Source: Prorocentrum cordatum
Taxonomy: Eukaryota
Direction: 5' to 3'
Length of the DNA: 64,000 nucleotides
NCBI GenBank assembly: GCA_963575745.1
Contig: CAUYUJ010000292.1
Span: 62,001 to 126,000, forward strand
The position numbers and the translations under genes are program-made. Below, one piece after another: positions 23,683-36,289 of this stretch. Within the stretch, counting starts at the first letter, position 1. Every line of letters starts with the position of its first letter. Below the pieces are notes generated by a model, which was not told the origin of the DNA, ran no database searches, and saw only the letters and a program-made list of their open reading frames with translations.

Positions 23683-25020
23683 TAGGGCGACGAAATCTAT
23701 ACATATCCGAGAGAGCGTGATCCACCGCCGCTTTACTGTGGAAAATTGCCGCCCTTTTCCTCCGGAACCCGGGGGTCCCCCCCCCCCCTCCCGAAAATCC
23801 TCCCCCCCCTGCTGGAACCCCTCCCCCCCCCCCTTCCCCCGGCAAAACCCCCCCCCTCCCCTATGCCCCCCCCCTCGAACTCGAAAACCGAGGGGGGTCA
23901 CTACCGGTTCGAACCCCCCCCCCTCGAAAACCGGAAGGGGGGGGGTACCGGTTCGAACCCCTCCCCACCTCCCCTCTCACCTCCAGCAAACCCTCTCACC
24001 TCCAGCAAACGACTCCCGGTCCCTACCACCGTCCTCACCACATCCCCCACTGTTGTTCCCAGCACCACTGTCCTCACCACCACTGTCCCCACTGGTTCCA
24101 CCACCGCCCCTACTGTCCCCACCAGTGCCACCACCACTGTCGCACTGTCCCCCACTGTCCCCACCACTGTTCCCACCACGGTTTCACTCTCCCAACTTTC
24201 TCCACTACTATCCCCACTGTCCCCACTGTCCCACTGACTCCTCCGCTGTCCCACTGAGCTGTCCCACTGTTCCCACCACTGTCCCCACTGTCCCCACTAC
24301 TGTCCCCACTGTACCTCTGTCCCATTTTCCCACCGCCGTGCTCGCCACCGCCTTCACCACTGTCCCCACCACCACTGTACCCTCCACTGTCCCACTGTTT
24401 CCACCTCATTCCCACTGTCCCCACACCACTGTCCCCACCACCACCGTCCCCACCACTGTCCACTGTCCCCACTGTTCCCACCATTGTCCTCACCACTTTC
24501 CCCACCACTACCGTCCCCACCACTGTCCCACTGTCCCCACCACTGTCCCGCTGTCCCCTCACCACTGTCCCCACCACCACCGTCCCACCACTGTCCGCAC
24601 CCTCCCTCGGTTTTCGAGGGGGGGGTTGTTCGCACCGATCTGAAAAAAAATAAGTAATCAAATGTACTGACCTCCTCCGGTTTTCGAGTTCGCTTGTGAG
24701 TGGGTTCGAAAAAAAAAAAGATACCCGCCCCCCCCAATACAATGATGAACTGGGTGGGGTACAACAGGAACGTTTTTCCAGATTGGTTGGGGGTAGGGGT
24801 ACGAACCGGTAGTGACCCCCCCCTGTTTTACTTTTCCGCCAGCAGCGGTAGAACACGCTCTTTCACATATCCGCTGCTCTCTGGCCAGGCCCACCCTGAA
24901 CCCAGCAGCTGTGTATACGCCCTTCTGGCCAAGCCAGGAGGCCGTCGCGTATACACCGCTGCCAGGTTGAGGATAAACGTAACCAGAGAGCAATGGATAT
25001 GTATAGATCTCGTCACCCTA
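23683..25020. mobile_element. MITE family C copy (TIR TAGGGCGACGAAATCTATACATATCC, 5-bp TSD ACCCT) interrupted by a nested element
   Basis: Left end 23683-23708, remainder 24865-25020; accct at 23678-23682 and 25021-25025; uninterrupted relative at 30954-31137. Confidence 0.85.
23709..24864. mobile_element. Nested non-autonomous foldback/TIR element with internal ccactgtccc minisatellite; 8-9-bp TSD ACATATCC(G)
   Basis: Termini GAGAGAGCGTG / rc GAAAGAGCGTG; subterminal inverted motifs ggggggtcactaccggttcg and ctcgaaaaccg; acatatccg at 23701-23709 and 24865-24873. Confidence 0.8.
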
Positions 25021-25259
25021 ACCCTGGCGAGCCCACGACCGGAAAGAGCGGACCAAAGAGATCCGCGAGGCTCCCCGAAGGCCCCCGTTTGTGCAGCTCT
25101 GTGGCTCTTCGACGTGAGGCCAGCAACCCTGGCACACTGAGAGGCAGCGTTGCGGGGGGACCAGGGGACCAGCTCGGGAGGGGCAGCGGGTGGGTGGGTG
25201 GGTGGGGGAACATCGACCTGGAATCGGCGATACATATATATATATATATATATACATAC

Positions 25260-26095
25260 GTAGGAGAACCATCGCGCGCGCTTCGCGCGCGCTCAAGTTC
25301 TAGCGAGCTTCCTGGGGCCTCCTCGGAGCATCCTGGACTGCTTCTTGAAGTCGTCATGGGACCTTCTTGGCATGTCTTCGGGGGCCTCTTAGAAAGAATT
25401 TCGAAGCCTTTTGGGTGCCGTCTTGGGGCCTCTTGGAGCCTCTTTGGGGCTTCTTGGGGGCCTCTTGGGGCCTCTTGGGGGCCTCTTGGGGCCTCTTGGG
25501 GGCTTCCCGGGGGCATCTTGAGGCCTCTTGGGGGCATCTTGGGGCGGAGAGCTTGATTTTCCGGTTCGCGTTCCCTCTCTTGGGCCCCTTTTTGGGGTCT
25601 TCTTGGGACCCTCTTGCGCCGTCTTGGGATGCTCTGGGGCCGTCTCGGGGCTCTCTCGGGCCGTCTTGGGGCTCTCTTGGGGGCCTCTTGGGCGGTCTTG
25701 GAGCGGTTTGGGGAGCCTCTTGGGCGGTGCTTTAGCGCCGGAAACACGACACAGCGAGAATGCAAACAACAGTAAAACAAAAAAAAAAAAAATCAAAATC
25801 AACGATTTTGCCCTCTCGGGGCGCTCTTGGGCGGCATCTTAAAGGCCTCTTGGGGCGTCTTGGGGGCCTCCGGGGCAGTTTAAAACGCATCGTGCGTCGC
25901 CAGAGACCCCTGGACGGCGTCTTCGGGGTGTCTCGAGACCGTCTTGGGCCGCCGGGATTGCTGTTTGAGGGCTCCCTGGGGCGATTTTAAGCCTCCCAGA
26001 GGCGGGCCCGGGCCCCGGGCCCCACATTTGCGGTCGAGGCTCTGGCCCTCGGCCCCCGGAACCGTTCCCCCGTAATATGTGTTGTTAAAAGAAGA
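25260..26095 (-). mobile_element. Candidate non-autonomous Helitron-like element carrying the CCCCAAGAGG minisatellite
   Basis: Minus strand starts A|TC at 26095 and has an 8-bp GC hairpin (25273-25291) about 12 nt before a CTAC end; both flanks are (TA)n-rich. The terminus is not the canonical CTRR. Confidence 0.4.
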
Positions 26096-27224
26096 TTATA
26101 ATATATATATATATTTTTATAATATATATAAATATATATAAATTCATGTATTAACAGAACCGCCGATAGATCGGCGACTGGCTCTCGATAGCGAATCCGA
26201 ACGTTCCTGGGCGGGGTGGGCACTCGGGCCCCCATCGGCGATCCATGGGCGAATGGGGGTCCATGCACCCTCCCCTGATGAAGGGGCCCAGGTACACACA
26301 AGTGAATACCCACAAATCCCAGGATTCCCCATAGTTCCCCATATGTTATGGGCTTTCGTCTTCCCCCCACTTCCCATAGTTTCCCATTGTATTTTCCGCG
26401 GGATCGACGATGAATTCTGTCTGTGTTTGTGAACGATTTTCTATTGGGCGTTTCGGCATTGGGCCGAAAGGGAGGGAGGGGGGGGGCGTCTGGCTCTGGA
26501 CCTCTGCTCAGTGCGACTGTTTGCAGCAGTGCGGCCGATGGGGAAGGGACCCCACCTGCTCGAAACAGGCACCAAAGACAGCCAAGAAGAACTCCACGGG
26601 GGGAGGGGGGGGTGCGAGGGCCAGCGCCGATCGGCAAAACAATGAATAAAAAAACGCCCGCTTTTCCCTCAAGTCCTGAGCCTGCACCGCCCCTGACCTT
26701 CCCCTGGGCACTGCGCACCGCCGAGGAAGGCCCCACGAGCGCGACAGGGACGACAGGAGAGGCGCACCAGATGCGACGCCCGGCGCGCCTGGAGCCTCTG
26801 CACCGCGCGCGGTGCATAGTGCACGGGAGAGGCGACGGACCGAAGGCCGAAGGAGGAGGAGGATGAGGAGGAGGACCAGTGTAAAACCAAGAGTCATCAA
26901 CGATGTTGAAATGAACCCTCCCTCCAAGCTCCCTCTTCATGGGCCCCCACATCGGTTCATTTCCACTGTGGGAACTGCCTCGTTGGAAGACAACCGTTCG
27001 AAGATCCTGAAACATGCCAAAGCATTGTTCTCGGATTTCAACGCCACGTATCAACCTGACTGCTGCGTCTTGACGATCCGAAATCGTGCCAGAGCGCCAT
27101 TTTGGGGGACTTCAACACAGCAAATCAACATAACTAACTGCTGGACCCACATAATCCTGAATCCGTCCAAAACACGATTTCTGGTGCGTTGATCATGGAA
27201 ACCCGTTCAAGCCTTGCAAATGTT

Positions 27225-27545
27225 TAAAACGAATGTGCGCGGCGCTAAGGCTAGAGCCACATGTTGAATCCGACCCGCCCTCAATCCGTGAAACTCTTGT
27301 AAGTGTGTAAAACGAGTGTGCGCGGCGCTAAGGCGAGAGCCACATGTTGAAAACAAGCCGCCCCCAATCCGTGAAGCTCGTGCAAATGTTAAAGCGAATG
27401 TGCGCGGCGCTAAGGCGAGAGCCACATGTTGAAAACAAGCCGACCCCAATACGTGGAACTGCTGCACATGTTTAAAGCGAATGCGCGCGGCGCTAAGGCG
27501 AGAGCCACATGTTGAAAACGGGCCGCCCTCCATCTGTGAAACTGT
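27225..27545. repeat. Tandem repeat, about 83-bp unit x4
   Basis: gaatgtgcgcggcgctaaggcgagagccacatgttgaa (with variants) at 27231, 27314, 27396 and 27479; decayed relatives at about 41380-41620. Confidence 0.9.
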
Positions 27546-28069
27546 TATCATTGTTTTAGCTTCGGAGTCACTAGTGGTAAGGAAGTCTCACGCGAGACGC
27601 CTGGCCCGCCCTAAAAACTGGCCTCGGGGGTGCGACAGGCAGGAGTTATCTATAAGGAGGAGGAATGGAGGGAGCGACCTCTGGCAACGCCCCAGCTAAA
27701 GTAGGGACAATCGAACGGGTTCGCGCCGTCCGCTGGAAAACGCGGAGGCAGCAAGGGAGCGTCCACCGCGAGAGAAACAGGGGTCCACAGGACAGCTCTC
27801 CTGTCAGCGCCTGCGATTTGAACCAAGACTTCCCCCTCATCCTACTCCTCCTCGCTCCCTGGACTGCGATGGCGTTCGATCCAGAACCTGGCATGGCCGT
27901 CGCCCAAAGAAGCCCACGTGCCAAATCCTCAATGGGATCTGGGCATCCTGGGCCCATCTGCGGGGATCCCAGTAATTCGCAAGACCGCCTCCCAAAATGG
28001 GAGAGTCTTCCCCCAAAAAGAATGACAAATGGAACCGTCCGTGCCGTCCTTCAACGGATATCCTGCTCC

Positions 28070-28740
28070 CCTCCTCCTCTCCTCCTCATCTTCCTCCTCC
28101 TCCTCCTCCTCCTCCCTCCTCCTCATCTTCATCCTCATCCTCCTCGTCCTACTCGTCCCCGTCGTCCTCCTCCTCGTCCTCCTCCTCCTCCTCCTCCACC
28201 TCCTCCTCCTCCTCCTCCACCTCCTCCTCCTCCTCCTCCTCCACCTCCCACCCCTTGTCCACCTTCCTCCTCCTCCTCTCCTCCTCCCTTCCTCCTCCTC
28301 TCCTCCTCCTCCTCCTCATCTTCCGTCCTCCTCCTCCTCCTCCTCCTCCTCCTCCTCCTCCTCCTCCTACCTCCTTCCTCCCTCCCCATCGTCCAAACCA
28401 CGATCCACATCCCGTTATCCTCCACCTCCCACCTAAACCCCTGCTCTCAATCCTCCTCCTCCACCCACACCACCACTCACCTCTCTCTCCCCCCTTAACC
28501 ACCTCCCTCTCTCCTCCACCTCCCCTCCTCCTCCTCCTTCTCTCCACCACCTCCTCCACCTCCTCAACCTCGTTGATCCTCCCCTCCTCCTCCTCCTCCC
28601 TCCACCTCCTCCTCCTCCTCCCTCCTCCTCCTACCTCCTCCTCCTCCACCCCGTCCTCCTCCTCCTGCTCCTCCTCCTCCTCCTCCTCCTCCGCCTCCTC
28701 CTGCCTACGTCTACTCCTCCCCCTTCCTCAACCTCACACG
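28070..28740. repeat. Degenerate (CCT)n tract
   Basis: Visible. Confidence 0.9.
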
Positions 28741-29379
28741 CTTGCGTCTACAACGCCGACGTCGCTTCCGCACCCGTGCTCCTCCGATTTTTCCCCTCCC
28801 TCTTGGCAGGAGGGAGGCAGGCCCTGGACCCCAGGGCTCTCTCCTGGGCCACCTCTTCGTCCCGACTCGCTTGCTGCCAGTCCCCCGACGCTGGCAAAGG
28901 GCACCGGGAGGCCGAGGACGGCGTGAGCAAGTCTGGCCCTCGCCTCGCCCTGCTTAGTGCTAGCCTCGGCCGCTGTCGGGCAGCGTGGTGCCCTGCGGCC
29001 GCTCCTCGGGCCAGGTCGGCTCCACTAGAGAGCACAAGATCCGACTCGAGAGCCATCACCCCGACGCGCGAATCCCTTTCGCGAACGCACCCAAGGAAGG
29101 AATGCGAGCGTTCTTTTTTATTCGCGTTTCGACATTGGGCGGAAAGGGGGGGAGGGGGGGTCTGGCTCCAAACCTCTGCTTAGTGCGACTGTTTGCAACA
29201 GTGCGGCCGATGGGGGAGGGACCCCACCTGCTCGAAACAGGCGCCAAAAAACAATGAATAAAAAAACGCCACCGAATCGAACAGGGCAGAGCTGTTTAGT
29301 AAACAGCCCGGGGCCGTTTAGTAAACGCCAAGTCTCGGGTCTTGGTGGTTTTTCCTCCCTTGAACCAAGAGCCCCCGGC

Positions 29380-29692
29380 TTCGGCGGCGAGCCCTGGGGG
29401 GAAGTGAGAAGGGGCGGGCCTTCTCAGAAAGCTCGGAAGTCCCCTGGCCTTCTTAGAAGTTTCCGAAGCCTTCCACGAATGACCAGAAAACTTCTCAGAA
29501 GGCGCGAGGGCTTCTGAGAAGTCCCGCCGCCTTCTGAGAAGGCCTTCTCCTTCTCAGTTCCCCCCTCGCTCGCCGCCGATGCATCGGCGACGCAAGGGCG
29601 ACGTTGACGATGCGTCGGCGCCGCCGGCGTGGCGAAGGTCGGGCTCCACATCAAGCTGCATCGCCGATGCATCGGCGATGCATCCGCGATGA
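29380..29692. repeat. Dispersed repeat, inverted copy of about 12400-12737; includes a palindromic GGGGGAAGTGAGAAGG...CCTTCTCAGTTCCCCC module
   Basis: catcgccgatgcatcggcggcgagcgaggggggaagtgagaagg-type sequence at 12.5 kb matches the reverse complement at 29.55-29.6 kb. Confidence 0.8.
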
Positions 29693-30070
29693 CCCCATCT
29701 GGGAGGCCCAGATGTGCTTGGTTCGCCTTGAAAACGCCCTGCGCATTTTTTGCGTTTTCAACTTTGGGCTCTTGACAGGCTGAAAACGCTAACAACAAAA
29801 AATGTTACGTGTTTGTTAGCGTTTTAGGGCCGCCGTTTTGACGTTTTGTTTGTTGCGCTTGTGTTGGCGCGTTCAGGCTGAAAACGCTGAACCAATGTCT
29901 GAAAACGCTGAAACACCGCAGCACTGTTTTAGCATTGTTTTTTTTGTCAAGACCTGAAAACGCTTACAAAAAATGATGTCCAAGACGCCGAGCTGAAAAC
30001 GCTAGAAGAACGCCCTGGGCAGATTTGAGGCGAACCAAGCAGATGTGCACACGTACCGATCCTTTTGTGT

Positions 30071-30315
30071 GACCCAAAAGGGGGTCCAACTGAATGGGGT
30101 TGGTACAATAGATTTGGGGCCGTTGTCTTGCAAATGTACTGCCCTGAAGAATTGTGTTGCGTTGGTATTGCAAGTAGTGTACTGCACGCGAAAATGCAGC
30201 AACACATCCGGGCCCCGAAGTGTATTGCACGCTCCAAATGTATTGCAACCCCATAGATCTGTTGCACCACATCTATTGCACCACCCCCTTGTCGCTGGAC
30301 CCCCTTCGGGGATCT
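30071..30315. mobile_element. MITE-like element (gacccaaaagggggtcca...tggacccccttcgggg) with internal ttgca repeats; second, interrupted copy at about 36428-36850
   Basis: Short inverted termini and a shared interior with 36640-36845. Confidence 0.6.
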
Positions 30316-30953
30316 TCTGACCCGGGTCAATCCAGACCCGGGTCAATCAGGCCTTGCAGAATCCTGCAAGATCCTGCACCCAAACCCGGGTCAACGCGAA
30401 GGATCCTGCAAGATCCTGCGGGATCCTGCGCCAAGATCCGGGTCAGTGCGGCCCTGGCCCTGCAGGATCCTGCGAGATCGGGCGCTCTGGCTGACCCCCG
30501 TTTGCACTGACCCCCGTCTCAAGGCTCCCGCCCCCTTTTGGGTCAACCCGAGCCCTGGGCAAGCTCGCCACGGGCCCGGGAACGGTGCGCGCGCGCCCTC
30601 CGGGCAGAGGCTCGGGCACCGGCCCCGGAGCCACGCGAGCCCTGCCAGGGTCGGGACACGCGCGCGCGCTCTCTTCAGCCGACCCCGGCGGCCTCCGCCG
30701 CCCCCGAGGGATCCTGGTTGGGCGTCGCGTACTGGGGTGGGGTCCTCCTCCTCCTCCTCCTCCTCCCTCCTCCTCCTCCTCCTCCTCCTCCTCCTCCTCC
30801 TCCTCCTCCTCCTACTCCTCCTCCTCCTGGGCGATGCAGGGGGGGGGGGAGCGCAGCGAGGGCTGCAGACGAGGGGCCCTGCAAGGCCTCTGAAAGGGGC
30901 CCCGGGAGGCCCACAAGGAAGCCCTCCGGGCCCAGAGGGTGCGCCTCTCTTCC

Positions 30954-31137
30954 TCGGGCGGCGATATCCATACATATCCACTGCTCCCTGGCCAGGCCTA
31001 TCCTGAACCCAGCAGCGGTGTATGCGCCACGCCCTCCTGGCTGGCCCAGGAGGACGTATACACAGCTCCTGGGTTCAGGATGGGCCTGCCCAGGGGGGGA
31101 AATAAGTCAGCGGATATGTATAGATTTCGCCGCCCGA
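30954..31137. mobile_element. MITE family C, uninterrupted 184-bp copy with 5-bp TSD CTTCC
   Basis: tcgggcggcgatatccatacatatcc ... ggatatgtatagatttcgccgcccga; cttcc at 30949-30953 and 31138-31142. Confidence 0.85.
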
Positions 31138-31289
31138 CTTCCCCCCGCCCACCCCCCATTTGCCGCAGGCGACGCCCAACCTGGAGTCTCTCCGAGGCCT
31201 CCAGGGACCCCCTCGAGCTCGCCAGGGGCCCCCAGAGTCCCCCAGAAGAAGACAGAAGCACCCAATAACCTGGACCCTCGAAACTCGAC

Positions 31290-31456
31290 TTCGGTCGGGG
31301 CCTGTCCCCCTACAGGTGGATGTTGGGCTTTTGGGCGAAAAATGAAAATATCTAAAAATATTCAAGAATATTCCAAAATAGTCCAAAAATCGCCCATTGA
31401 CTATTTATCAAAGTATTTTTAAACATTCCTGCCGTAGAGGGACAGGCCCGACTCAA
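31290..31456. mobile_element. MITE family B copy, TSD AACTCGAC/ACCTCGAC
   Basis: TIR ggtcggggcctgtccccctacag / cgtagagggacaggcccgac; AT-rich interior. Confidence 0.8.
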
Positions 31457-33114
31457 ACCTCGACCCTCGATGCCTGCGACAGGGGCCGCTTCTGGACCGG
31501 GCTGCTGGAACCTCGTCCCCCCCGGCCTCGCCAGGCACGAGCCCCTCCGGCTCCCTCGCGCGACCCCGAGCATTACGACTTCGCCGTGTCTCGCACGGTC
31601 ACAGCCCGCGGCGACGCCCAGGGCGAGCCCCGCGCAGAGTGAGGCAGGAGCTGCGGCAGGCCTTCGCCCAAGAGGCTGTCCGTAGCCCACGTCGGTCACA
31701 CCGACCGGCCCCGTCGGCCCACTCCCCCCGCCCGGCCTGCCGCGCGGCAGCGCGACGGCGCGGGCGCCTCGCGGCGCCGAGCTTGCAGCGGCCGCGGGCG
31801 CGCCGACGATCTTGGCTCGCCATCGGCGGAGGCCGGGAGGGGCACGCGGGCGACGAGAGGGAGCGAGCGAACGCACGGCCGACTCCGCCTGCCGCGCAGG
31901 CCATCCGTGGCCCTTCGTATCCACAAGGGGGCCCCAGGCTCTGGGCCTGCAGATGCCCCGCGGCGAGAGGGCAAGACAACGAGGAACGGGAGGAGGAGGA
32001 GGAGGAGGAGGAGGAGGAGGAGGAGGAAAGGAGGAGAGGAGGAGGAGGATGAGTGATGGGGGGGGAGGGGGGGGAGGAGGAGCTCATGGGCAACGACGGG
32101 TGGGGGGGGGGTGGGGGTGGTGGTCAATCGGCGCCGGGCGCCGCGCCCGGGCCGCAACGCGCGCCGGGAGCACGGGTCCCCCGCGCTGTCGAGGCCCGCG
32201 ACCACGGGCTCGGTGAGCCAGGGCCCGAAGCGGGACTGGTACCTGGGCCCGCGGGAGGCGCCCGGCCCCCGCCCGCCCGCTCCCCCGGGGGAGGGCCCGC
32301 GCACGGCGGGGGCCCCGCACGGCGGGGCACGAGGGACGGCGTAAAGGAAGGGCCCCCGATATTTTCCCATCTTTTCTGGGTTTCGGTCGTCCCCCCCCCC
32401 ACTGCCCATGTTTTCCCATATCTTCTGGGGGATCGACGATGACTTGTGTCTGCGTGTTTTTCCTCCTCCTGAGTAAACATAAAAACTCGGAGGTCCGCGC
32501 GGATTCCTCGGATCCGCACTGGACCCCACTCCCTGGCGCGCGGAGCGCGCCAGGGTGAAGGACCGCTCGGTGGCCTCGGCAGTCGGCGGCGGACAAACCT
32601 CCCTTTACCAAACCACCCTTTAGTGAGAACGGCCTGGGACCGAAACCGACGGACCTGGACCCGCAAAAATGGCCGCCGCGACGCCCTCTCGCGAACCGAA
32701 AACGGCCAATTCGCTAATCGACGTGTCAGGGCAGGAGGTCTATCAACCTCCGAATTCGACACCGTCCTTCGCCCCCTGAGAAATCTGGCCAGGGTCTCTC
32801 GGGGCGGATCTGGCCGCGGTGCCTTGCCTCGGGGGGGGCCTGCGATCGAGGGGGCCCCAGATGGCAGAGTCAGAAGTCTTCGGCCGGGCGTGTCCCCCTG
32901 CAAAGCGGACTTGGGCGAACAATAGTAGAAAACAAAACAAAACAACACACAAAATTTAAAAAAAAACGCCCAAAAAAATATTGATGAAAATATGAATGTA
33001 ATTATACACACAAGAAACAAGCAAATCAAAACTACGAGGCGTCACAAGGGGCCCCGCTGCGCGTAGCGTCTCCCGGCATGGCCCCTGGGGGGGAGGCCTC
33101 GGCGGGCCCCCCCC

Positions 33115-34015
33115 CCTCCTCCTCCTCCCCCGTCCTCCCCCGCCCCCTCCTCCTCCTCCTCCTTCCTCCTCTCGCCTCCTCCTCCTCCTCCTCCTCCTCC
33201 ACCACGCTCCTCCTCCTCCTCCGTCCTCCTCCTCCTCCCTCCTCCTCCTCCTGCTCCTGCTCCTGCTCTTGCTCCTGCTCCTCCTCCTCCTCCTCCTCCT
33301 CCTCCTCCTCCTCCTCCTCCTCCTCCTCCTCCTCCTCCTTCTCTCCTCTCTCCTGCTCCTGCTCCTGCTCCAACTCCTTCTCCTGCTCCTGCTCCTTGCC
33401 CATGCTCCTGCTCCTGCTCCTCCTCCTCCCCCTCCTCGCTCCTCCTCCTCCTCCTCCTCCTCCACCTTCCTCCTCCTCGTCCTCGTCCTCGTCCTCGTCT
33501 CCTCCTCCTCCTCCTCCTCCTCCTCCTCCCCTCCTCCTCCTCATCCTCCTCCTCCTCCTCCGCCTCCTCCTCCTCCGCCTATCATCCTCCTCCTCCTCCG
33601 TCCTCCTCCTCCTCCTCCTCCTCCTCTCCTCCTCCTCCTCCTCCTCCTCCTCCTCCACCTCCTCCCTCCTCCTCCTCCTCCTCCTCCTCCTCCTCCTCCT
33701 CCTCCTCCCCTCGCGTGCCTCGCTGCTTCCTCCTCCTCCCTCCTCCTCCTCCTCCTCCTCCTCCTCCTCCTCCTCCTCCCCTCCTCCTCCGCCTCCTCCT
33801 CCTCCCTCCTCCTCCTCCTCCTCCTCCTCCTCCTCCTCCTCCTCCTCCTCCTCCTCCTCCTCCTCCTCCTCTCCGCCTCCGTCCTCCTCCTCCTCCTCCC
33901 TCCTCCTCCCCTCCTCCTCCTCCTTCCTCCTCCTCCTCCTCCTCCTCTCCTCCTCCTCCTCCTCCTCCTCCTCCTCCTCCTCCTCCTCCTCCTCCTCCTC
34001 CTCCTCCTCCTCCTC
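33115..34015. repeat. Long (CCT)n tract
   Basis: Visible. Confidence 0.95.
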
Positions 34016-36252
34016 CCCGGTCGCCCGCGGCGCCCGTTCCCCGAGGGGGGACGGCCCGAGTCCCAGGGCAGGGCCGAGCGGCGGCCCCCCGCCAACCCCG
34101 CCGACTCGCCGCGCGGTGCGGCCCCACCGCACGGCAGGGGCTCGACCGCTGGAGGAGCCTCTCACGAGGAGTCCCAGGGGCAGAGCCGAGCAGTGGCCCC
34201 CGAGCCCCGCCGACTCGCCGCGCGGTGCGGCCTCACCGCACGGCAGGGGCTCGACCGCCGGAGGAGCCTCCCACGAGAAGCCCCCAACCCTGAGGGACCT
34301 CCAGGACCTCCGTGGGCCTCTGGCGTGGGAGCGCCACGCCCTCTGGAGAAACCCAGGTGAGCGGTTTTTGTATTCGGCGTTTCGACGTTGGGCGGAAAGG
34401 GGCTCGACCACAAAAAGGGGCTCGACCACAAGAAGCCTTCCACGAGAAGCCCAACCCTGAGACCCCCAGGACGTCCGTGGGTTCTTGGCGTGTCGGGGGC
34501 GGCCAAGAGGGGGGCGTCCAAGAGGGGGGGGGGGGGGGGCGCAAATCGTGGCCGGGGGGAGGGGGGGGGCGCAAATCGTGGCCAGCGGCACGTGCGCGGT
34601 CCGGGGGGGGGGGCAGGGACGCATCGAAAGAAAAAAAGGCGCCCTAATATGGTGAAATATCATGGCCCCGCCGTGATATTCAACCCCCCCCCCCAGTCGT
34701 CACACCCCCCTCACTGCCGCCCCCGAGCGTGGAAGCGCGCCACGCCTTCCGCAGGAAAACCACTGGAACCCCCAGGAGACCCAGGGCACCCTGGAGGCGA
34801 GCAGGGTGCTGCTAGGCGCGGGCCTCCACTGCAGCTCTCGGACGGGCGCCCCGGAGCGAACTGAAGGGGCCCCAGGACAGGATTTCCCATAGTTCTCCAT
34901 ATTGGGGGGGTTTTCGTCTTTCCCCTCCACTTCCCATATTTTTGCACATCTTCCTGGGAATCGACGATAATTTTTTTCTCTGCGTGTTTTTTCCCTCCTG
35001 ACGATCTGTGGACGGCTGCCGACGCCCGGGAGCACAGGCTTGAGAGAGGGCGGGCGAGGAGGAGGAGGAGGAGGAGGAGGAGGAGGAGGAAGAGGAGAAG
35101 GAGGAGGAGGAGGAGAAGGAGGAGGAGCAGGAGGAGGCAGAGGAGGAATACTAGGAGGAGGTGGAGGAGGAGGAGGAGAAGGACGAGGCTGCCAACGCCC
35201 GGGAGAACAGGCTCGAGGGTGGGCGACGGGCCCTCTCAGCACGCCGGCCCCGCTAGCGAGGGGCGGGCGAGAATGCTGCGAGGGGCCCCGCGCGCGAAGC
35301 GGGCCGCGCGACGTGCGGCCCCAAGGCGCGCCCGCGCGCGCCGGGAGGCGCCACGACGTCGGAGGAGGAGGAGGAGGAGGAGGAGGAGGAGGAGGAGAAG
35401 GAGAAGGAGGAGGAGAGGGAAGAGGAGGAGGAGGAGGAGGAGGAGGAGGAAGAGGCGGAAGAGGAGGAGGAAGAGGAAAAAAGACCACACATAAAATCCA
35501 CCATGCCCCGAGCAGACGGGGTCGCAGGATTGCACCGCATCGCCGATGCCTCGGCGATGCACCGGCGATGCGTCGGCGATGCGTCGGCGTGGCGACGCAC
35601 GAGCTCCGCATCGAGCCGCATCGCCCATGCACCGGCGAGGCGGCGCGAGCCTCCGACCCCGCTGCGCCGACCCCGTCCAGGAAGCCCAAGCCACACCCGC
35701 GCCAGACAGCCAACGGCCTGGAAGACTTGCTCGTCGCGGCGCGGCGCGGGCGCTCGGCGCGGCACGCCCTGAATTGGAGGAGGAGGAGGAGGAGGAGGAG
35801 GAGGAGGAGGAGGAGGAGGGGGAGGGGGAGAAGCAGGAGCAGGAGCGGCCACGCCCGGAGCCAAAGGCTCGCAACGGCAGACGTCCTCGCCGCGGCCTGC
35901 GGAGGCCCCTCCGCCGGAGGCGCAGGGGCCGTCCACGGACTGCTATGGGGCGGAAAGCCGTCTCCTCCTCCGCCTCCGCCTCCTCCTCCTCCTCCTCCTC
36001 CTCCTCCTCCTCCTCCTCCGCCCTGGGGCAGGGGTCGGGACTTCCAGGAAGGAAGGTCGAGGCACCAGACGTCTGGACCCCACGGCGAGAAGAACCCCCC
36101 AGCAGCCCCAAGCGGCTGACGACGACGACCACCATAACGACAACGACGACGACGAGGAGGAAGAAGAGAAGAATGAGGAGGATGAGGAGGACGACGAGGG
36201 CGACAACGACGACGACGACGACGAAGACGACGACGACGACGACGACGACGAA

Positions 36253-36289
<37 letters not shown>

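Noticed and set aside
36030..36117. Kelch-like peptide GGFFSPWGPDVWCLDLPSWK on the minus strand
   Set aside because: Single short motif, weak codon bias, and no other Kelch blades nearby; cannot be supported.
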